Assembly: GCF_001194135.2 (NCBI RefSeq)
Contig: NC_069007.1
Coordinates: 15,190,238 to 15,232,716 of the forward strand
Source: Octopus bimaculoides
Taxonomy: Eukaryota
Direction: 5' to 3'
DNA: 42,479 bases
Shown here: piece after piece, positions 35,142 through 42,479 of the stretch
How positions within the stretch are numbered: position 1 is the first letter of the stretch
How the letters are laid out: each line of letters begins with the position of its first letter
The notes under the pieces: model-generated
The model's input: only the letters and a program-made list of their open reading frames with translations
Databases searched by the model: none
Told to the model about the DNA's origin: nothing
Translations under genes and position numbers: made by a program

Positions 35142-36508
35142 TTGCATGTAACCTTTTACATATTCACTTCTAGTTTATCGCAAATCGAATATCTGTTTGT
35201 TACGTAACTGCCTAGTATTACACAACCATTTTCTAAAGCTGTCACTGGCAGAGAATAACACATATGGCATTTTTGGATAATTAGATGAGATTTTAAAATT
35301 CATGTGAATTTGTCAAAATATTCATTTATCAACTGTATTCACTCAAATATCAAACACGCAGGTTTGCTTTCGTCTGTGCAAAATATTTATAGGCTATTTA
35401 TATTGAATAGAAAATTGTTCATCTTCTGCGTTGTCTCTGCAGCAATAACTTCTAAATTTTCAGTCAGACTTGTCTGAGAGTGAGGTTCATTGTTTTCAGA
35501 ACTATCTCCCAACTTTACACGTCTCTTGTCAAAATAACCTTTCGCTTTTAACTTTTGTGTTTTACTCGTTTCAATCATTGGACTGCGACCATGGTGTGGC
35601 ATCGCCTTGACGTGTTTACTCCAAAAAGTCGATCTCATTATCTATATACATTTAATTGATAACAATTGATTTCCATCAATTATCATTTATTAATTAATTA
35701 CAAAAAGACTTAGAATTGTATATTCATGTCGNNNNNNNNNNNNNNNNNNNNNNNNNNNNNNNNNNNNNNNNNNNNNNNNNNNNNNNNNNNNNNNNNNNNN
35801 NNNNNNNNNNNNNNNNNNNNNNNNNNNNNNNNNNNNNNNNNNNNNNNNNNNNNNNNNNNNNNNNNNNNNNNNNNNNNNNNNNNNNNNNNNNNNNNNNNNN
35901 NNNNNNNNNNNNNNNNNNNNNNNNNNNNNNNNNNNNNNNNNNNNNNNNNNNNNNNNNNNNNNNNNNNNNNNNNNNNNNNNNNNNNNNNNNNNNNNNNNNN
36001 NNNNNNNNNNNNNNNNNNNNNNNNNNNNNNNNNNNNNNNNNNNNNNNNNNNNNNNNNNNNNNNNNNNNNNNNNNNNNNNNNNNNNNNNNNNNNNNNNNNN
36101 NNNNNNNNNNNNNNNNNNNNNNNNNNNNNNNNNNNNNNNNNNNNNNNNNNNNNNNNNNNNNNNNNNNNNNNNNNNNNNNNNNNNNNNNNNNNNNNNNNNN
36201 NNNNNNNNNNNNNNNNNNNNNNNNNNNNNNNNNNNNNNNNNNNNNNNNNNNNNNNNNNNNNNNNNNNNNNNNNNNNNNNNNNNNNNNNNNNNNNNNNNNN
36301 NNNNNNNNNNNNNNNNNNNNNNNNNNNNNNNNNNNNNNNNNNNNNNNNNNNNNNNNNNNNNNNNNNNNNNNNNNNNNNNNNNNNNNNNNNNNNNNNNNNN
36401 NNNNNNNNNNNNNNNNNNNNNNNNNNNNNNNNNNNNNNNNNNNNNNNNNNNNNNNNNNNNNNNNNNNNNNNNNNNNNNNNNNNNNNNNNNNNNNNNNNNN
36501 NNNNNNNN

Positions 36509-36544
<36 letters not shown>

Positions 36545-37432
36545 TGTGTATGTATATATATACGCAAATTTTGACAAATTAGATTTAAATGTTGTATTTT
36601 TAAATGGCCAATAAATATCTTCCACGCTGCAATTATTTTTGTTTCAGCACGCGATCTCAGATCAAGTGACACTTGTTATGCAAGTACATTTCCGTAATAT
36701 ATATATATATATTTGTACGCAAATGTAGTATCTACCTCATTGCAGGGACTCGATTCGATCTTCGGACTTTGGGTTATAAGCCCAGCAGCCTCCCACTGTT
36801 TCACTGTATTCCACGAGGAATTGACACAAATACGTAACGTATTATTTCTTACACTGTCTGTTCTCGGTTACATCACTTCCATTACATCATCTATCATATG
36901 TTATTTATTTATTAGTTATGCATTTCTTTGCATTGAACTGTTTCAAATGTACGAAACACGGTAACTACACAATCCATGTTGCGGCACTGAGACGTTAATT
37001 TACTTATTGAATGGCGACATTTCACTTTGCCGATATTCCGAGAGTCACATTTGATAAAGCACATGCATAAATCATCTAAGTGTTGCAAAGTCTTCTGGGT
37101 GTCTCTTCATTTACCATTTTCAGATCAGCCAGAAAGAAATCAATTCTACTAATACTTTTCTAGCGCAGCATAGCAAACGAGCTAAACGAGCTTTCTAACG
37201 GCACAACTGTCGCGAAATGCTACGGTCATTAGATACGTTTTATGGAATGTCTCCCGATTGTTATGAATTACTATACTCTGTTTTCAAACCCTATCGTGGC
37301 CAACACTACCTTTTATCTTTATCTATTAAGACATCACCCTTTCACAATTTTTCAAATTTGCATTTTCATTCTTTAATTTTCATTTTATCAATTTTTACAT
37401 TTTTGCTTATCTTCCCCTGATTTATTCAGATA

Positions 37433-37994
37433 CAGTAATGCCTCGCTATACGAGTTAATTTCCATCCGGAGACCTCTCGTAAAGCGAAAACTCGTAAAAT
37501 AGAGCACTATTTTTCCATTGTAGCAGTGTTATAAATCGTAATTCGTTCCCAGAATAACATTTTGCCTATAAAATTTATAATATCCGTAAATAAATGGCAA
37601 TAAAACAACATTAGAATGTAAAAAATATTTAATGTAAAGTAAAAAGAATATATATAGTAAAAAATACTATTATAATCGTTTTCTGAATCACTTTCACTTA
37701 CACTAGACTCGCGCACACCATCCACTTATAGACGCGATCACCGATTCACAAGCACTCGTAGATGGACTTATAGATTTCTTTTTAGAAAAGAAGTCTAGTG
37801 CTGTTTGCTTAGAAGAAGCTTTTATTCTTTCGCTATAAGCAGCTGTGTACAATTCGTCAGAACCAATGTTGCCACATGTTGTGACGTTGCCACACACACA
37901 ACATGTCTTTTTAGCCTTTTTATATTTATCATAAAATAAAATTCGTATACCCGGGGTATCGTAAAGCGGGTTCTATGAAAGAGATACATTACTG
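37433..37994 (-). mobile_element. Non-autonomous Tigger/pogo-type DNA transposon, 562 bp, TA target duplication
   Basis: ta|cagtaatgcctcg ... cattactg|ta termini; subterminal cgtaaagcg motifs at both ends; minus-strand LYTAAYSERIKASSKQTALDFFSKK resembles the Tigger transposase C-terminal KQTxLDxFF motif. Confidence 0.82.
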
Positions 37995-38336
37995 TACAAT
38001 ACTTTACTCTCTTCTTTCATCTTACCAACCGTTTCTACTAACGGCATTACCCCTTTTTTTTTATACTAGTCCATAACTACGTTACCTGAGATACATCAAC
38101 AACTCATCCTCTCAGGTTCGCTAAAAATATAAGCCAAATCCGAGTGATAAGCTGACCGAATTATAAAGAATCGTAAAAACCCACTGCATCGAAAAAAAAC
38201 CCCACTGCAAGGTTATATATTGACGGAACACTAAAGACGTTCAAATGGGTGCCTTTGCATTTAGAATTCAAGTCCTGCCATGAACTACTCGTGTGATAGT
38301 TTGAATCTGTTGCTCAGTTTAACACCACCATCAGGC

Positions 38337-38551
38337 ACGGTGTGCTGAAGAGTTCCTGGCTTTGGGTAAAAGAAAATACAGGAGGATCATTTAACTACGA
38401 TTTTATGCAACGTATTCCCCTCCCAGATTCACACACTTACTGCAGCAGTCCTTCAGTTTTTCGAAGTCCTGTAAAAGAACGCGGAATGTTGAGTCTCCAG
38501 CTAGGCTTTCATGATACCATTAAAGCCAGGAGCGGTTCAACACTCTCTCGT
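38337..38551 (-). mobile_element. Short mariner derivative (MITE-like, ~215 bp)
   Basis: Imperfect TIRs gtgtgctgaagagttcctggcttt / aaagccaggagcggttcaacac; minus strand encodes LQDFEKLKDCCSKCVNLGGEYVA*, a mariner-type C-terminus. Confidence 0.85.
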
Positions 38552-39397
38552 GTGTATCATTAGCACCGTCCATTTTGCTATAACAGTCCTGGCCAGATCA
38601 CCGGTTTTCAGATCGCTTCTCTTTACACCCACTCGTCTCAAAAGTCTTTAAAAGGTCAAGGAACACGCCCTTTATGTTTCTGACAAAAATATCTCATGCT
38701 ATCTCAGATAAAACATCCAGTGTTCTGATAAACATATTTGGAGATTCAAAAAACATTGGAAACCTACGCTATACACACCCCGCCACTAAATTTTCAAATT
38801 GTTTGACTAAAATCACTGAGGTACTCTTATAAAATTTTACTTGTCTTCGAAAAAAAAATGGCAACGTGAAGACACTATGGATGTTTAGCAGACAGAGAGA
38901 GAAAGCACCAGATAGCAGAGAATAAGACAGACACAAGGCTTCCATAACAATACTGAACTAATTAACGACAAAATGATACCAACTGATTACAATGTTTTGC
39001 AGAAGTTAGCTGGAAAGCTAAAGAATTTACATCGAACCGTCTGTAATGCTAAAAATATTTTGGCAGTTAAAGAATTTGTCCATCATAGCATTTGTAATTG
39101 ACACAAATGGAATCGTTAGAATGGTTCGTACACAACCGTTTATGTGTAAACACGTTAATGGAGAGATTAGTTACTGGAGACGCCATGCCGTCTTTAGAAA
39201 GGAAACAACGGATTAGTGGGTGTGCAGTCATAGATTAGATAACAATTAACTTATGGGATGGTCATGTTTGGAATTCGTTTTCCTAGAGTGGTACTGGATC
39301 GGGGTTGATATGATGCTAAATAACAAAGAAAACGTTTCAGAAAAAAAAAAAGAAAAATGTTGTAATGTGATTTGTTTATATTTTTGTGGTATTCTGA

Positions 39398-39605
39398 AGT
39401 GGAGAGCTGGTAGAATCGTTAGCACGCCGAATAAAATGTTTGGTAGTATATCTTCCAGACTTACGTTATCAGTTCAAATTCTGCTACAGTCAACTTGATA
39501 TTTCATCCTCTTGGGGTCGACGAAATAAATACCATTTGAGCACTGGGATCCATAATACCGACTGTCCCCCTCCCCCAAAGTTTCAGGCCTATAATAGAAA
39601 GAATT
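39398..39605 (+). mobile_element. SINE family A, degenerate
   Basis: ggagagctggtagaatcgttagcacgccg...gttcaaattc...ggggtcgacgaaataaatacc...cccctcccccaaagtttcaggcc. Confidence 0.85.
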
Positions 39606-39898
39606 GTTAATATTATCTTAAACCCATTACCTACCAGTGATCTCATATGAGGTCACTTAAAAAATTACAAATTTCCTAATTATCTGTCAATATTTACACA
39701 TATCTAACCTTTTTGCTAGATCTATTAAGTATATTTCTCTGATATTCAAATGAGGTTTGCTAATTTTTCACCCAATATCTCGCTTATTTCTATTTGAAAT
39801 GTTATTTTGATCATTCCAGCGTGTTTCTAAGGCTGTTTTATGCTAGAAATAAAAGTTTCATAAAAAAAATTCCAGTTAATAGAATTATGGAAGGGTTA

Positions 39899-40127
39899 AG
39901 CTGGTGACCTGGCAGAGTCGTTAGCACGCTGGAGGAAATATTTATCGGTACATCTTAGAGTTTAGCATCATGAGTTCAAATTCCAACGGGTCATCTTTGC
40001 CTTCCGTCTTTTTTTAAAGAATGATGAAATAAATATCGGTTGAGTACTAGAATCGATATAACAGACTGAAGCCTTCCCCAAAATTTCAAGCCCTGTGCCT
40101 ATGATAGAAAGTATTATTATTATTATT
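39899..40127 (+). mobile_element. SINE family A, degenerate, with (ATT)n tail
   Basis: gctggtgacctggcagagtcgttagcacgc...gagttcaaattcc...ccctgtgcctatgatagaaagtattattatt. Confidence 0.82.
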
Positions 40128-40395
40128 GCGCAAGGCGTAGCTCGAGATGGTGGTTTCAATTCCTAGACGGGGTAGTGTGTTGTGTTCTTGTGCAAAACAC
40201 CCTATCTCCTGTCGCTCTGCGATCACTTCGACATCTGATACGTGGTACATCGTGCAGCAGTTCAGGCACCGTCGATTTGATGGAGGCAGTGAGCTGATGT
40301 ATGACACATCCATTTGGGCAGGTCAATTGGCCATAGCTGAACACACATACGTCGTCTTCGACGGGTGAGTCCATTATTATTATTATTATTATTAT
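40128..40395 (+). mobile_element. SINE family D with (ATT)n tail
   Basis: B-box-like gtttcaattcc, then tgtgttcttgtgcaaaacac (same motif type as family C), unique body, (att)n tail. Confidence 0.6.
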
Positions 40396-40864
40396 GAAAG
40401 AGGTAGGATCATTAGCAGGCACAATTTCATAAAAAAATTACGCGTGTCTGCGAAATGTCGACAAACTTTTCTGTAAATTAAAAATAATTGCAATTTGTCA
40501 TTCGATGCGTCTAAGAATCTACCGAAGAAATAATACTGAGTAATACACAATTTAAAGAAATGTACGTGTAAATCTAAAGTTGCATACTTGTGATACACTT
40601 TGTATTTCACCGATTCTAAGAATTGCATTCAATGCTACACGTGTCTGGGGAATGTAGGAAGCGCCGTGTAAATTGAAAAACGTAGCATTTATCCACACGA
40701 CACGATACGTTCAAAATTCTGCCTAAGAATTATATCAAGGATAGATGTTTGTGTAATACGCAACCGCGTACAGGTGAATTCAATGAACGGGTAATTCCTT
40801 TGATGAAGCTCGTCGAATCCGACGGAGAACCATCCATTATTATTGCTATTGTTCTTTTCTCAGG

Positions 40865-41669
40865 TCGTTGTTGTTGTTGTTGCTTTTCTTCTTCTTCTTC
40901 TTCTTCTTCTTCTTCTTCTTCTTCTTCTTCTTCTTNNNNNNNNNNNNNNNNNNNNNNNNNNNNNNNNNNNNNNNNNNNNNNNNNNNNNNNNNNNNNNNNN
41001 NNNNNNNNNNNNNNNNNNNNNNNNNNNNNNNNNNNNNNNNNNNNNNNNNNNNNNNNNNNNNNNNNNNNNNNNNNNNNNNNNNNNNNNNNNNNNNNNNNNN
41101 NNNNNNNNNNNNNNNNNNNNNNNNNNNNNNNNNNNNNNNNNNNNNNNNNNNNNNNNNNNNNNNNNNNNNNNNNNNNNNNNNNNNNNNNNNNNNNNNNNNN
41201 NNNNNNNNNNNNNNNNNNNNNNNNNNNNNNNNNNNNNNNNNNNNNNNNNNNNNNNNNNNNNNNNNNNNNNNNNNNNNNNNNNNNNNNNNNNNNNNNNNNN
41301 NNNNNNNNNNNNNNNNNNNNNNNNNNNNNNNNNNNNNNNNNNNNNNNNNNNNNNNNNNNNNNNNNNNNNNNNNNNNNNNNNNNNNNNNNNNNNNNNNNNN
41401 NNNNNNNNNNNNNNNNNNNNNNNNNNNNNNNNNNNNNNNNNNNNNNNNNNNNNNNNNNNNNNNNNNNNNNNNNNNNNNNNNNNNNNNNNNNNNNNNNNNN
41501 NNNNNNNNNNNNNNNNNNNTATCATTATTATTATTATTATTATTGTTATTATTACTATTATTAATATCATCATCATCATCATCGTCATCATCATCATCAT
41601 CATCATCATCATCGTCATCGTCATCATCATCATCATCAACATCATCATCATCATCATCATCACCATCAA

Positions 41670-41704
<35 letters not shown>

Positions 41705-41911
41705 ACATCATCATCATCATCATCATAGACATCATCATCGTCATCATCATCGACATCATCATCATCATCATCATCGTCATCATCGTCATCATCATCATCA
41801 TCATCATCCTCATGATCATTATTATTATTATTATTATTATTATCATCATTAGCATTGTTGTTGTGCTTGTCGCTGTTATTGTTATTGCTTTAATTATCAT
41901 TCCCCTTGCTG

Positions 41912-41942
<31 letters not shown>

Positions 41943-42370
41943 CTTTGTTGTTGTTTGTGGTGGTATTGTTGATTGTGGTGGCGGCCTTTACAGTGATGAT
42001 GGTCGTAGTGATGGCTTTGGTGGTGTACTTTATTTTCTGATGACGCTGGTACAATTGTTGTCGATGACAGTGGCTGTTCTGGCGATGTGAATCACGGCGA
42101 CCACGATATTGTTGCTGTTGTTGTTGTCGTTGCCTTTATTGTTGCCTTCTTGTTCTTCTTGTCGCTCTTCCCTCCGTCTTCTTCTAGGCGTTATTGTTAT
42201 TCCTAGCGATGTTTCCGTGTTGTCCAACATTTGTTACCGTTACAATTCTTGTTGTTGTTTTCGCCGTTATATCCCTTTGTGTTGTTGTTGTTGTTGTTGT
42301 TGTTGTGTCTATTGTTTATTGCTGTTACTGTTGTTGCGGTGGTGGAGGCGTAAGCGGCGGTGGTTGTTGT
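40865..42370. repeat. (GTT)/(TCT)/(ATT)/(CAT)/(GCT) microsatellite field around a gap
   Basis: Direct inspection. Confidence 0.92.
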
Positions 42371-42479
42371 TGTTTGGGAAATTGTATCAGTTATTTATAG
42401 AAAAACATTATTAAAACAGCTTCTTGTATTGTGCTGACCAAGCACAATGGCAAATAAATCTGTAGTAAAGATGGTTGTT

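Overview
AT-rich, microsatellite-saturated eukaryotic genomic DNA from a gappy short-read assembly (17 N-runs, ~6.6 kb, ~16%). The SINE repertoire and repeat density point to a coleoid cephalopod, probably Octopus (inference from remembered repeat families, not a database search). No host protein-coding gene can be firmly supported; nearly all long ORFs in the track are N-runs or trinucleotide repeats. Supported content: (1) a decayed minus-strand Ty3/Gypsy (Mag/K02A2.6-like) LTR retrotransposon at ~18.9-23.6 kb with PBS, gag, RT, RNase H and integrase, broken by three different SINE insertions; (2) a truncated mariner transposon, a ~215-bp mariner derivative and a 562-bp Tigger/pogo derivative; (3) about 20 tRNA-derived SINE copies or fragments in four families (my labels A-D); (4) possible Tx1-like, other LINE and Penelope-like fragments. 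The most interesting spot is 12.6-14.3 kb: a SINE split at its internal (TA)n by a fragment carrying a degenerate Penelope-type minimal hammerhead ribozyme fold, then a 34-bp fold-back hairpin and an AT-only minisatellite grown from a SINE tail. A weak signal-peptide/YY1-motif exon candidate lies at 9.6-9.7 kb. Several gap-edge duplications and one gap-edge palindrome look like assembly artefacts. I found no convincing evidence of a new multi-gene biological system.
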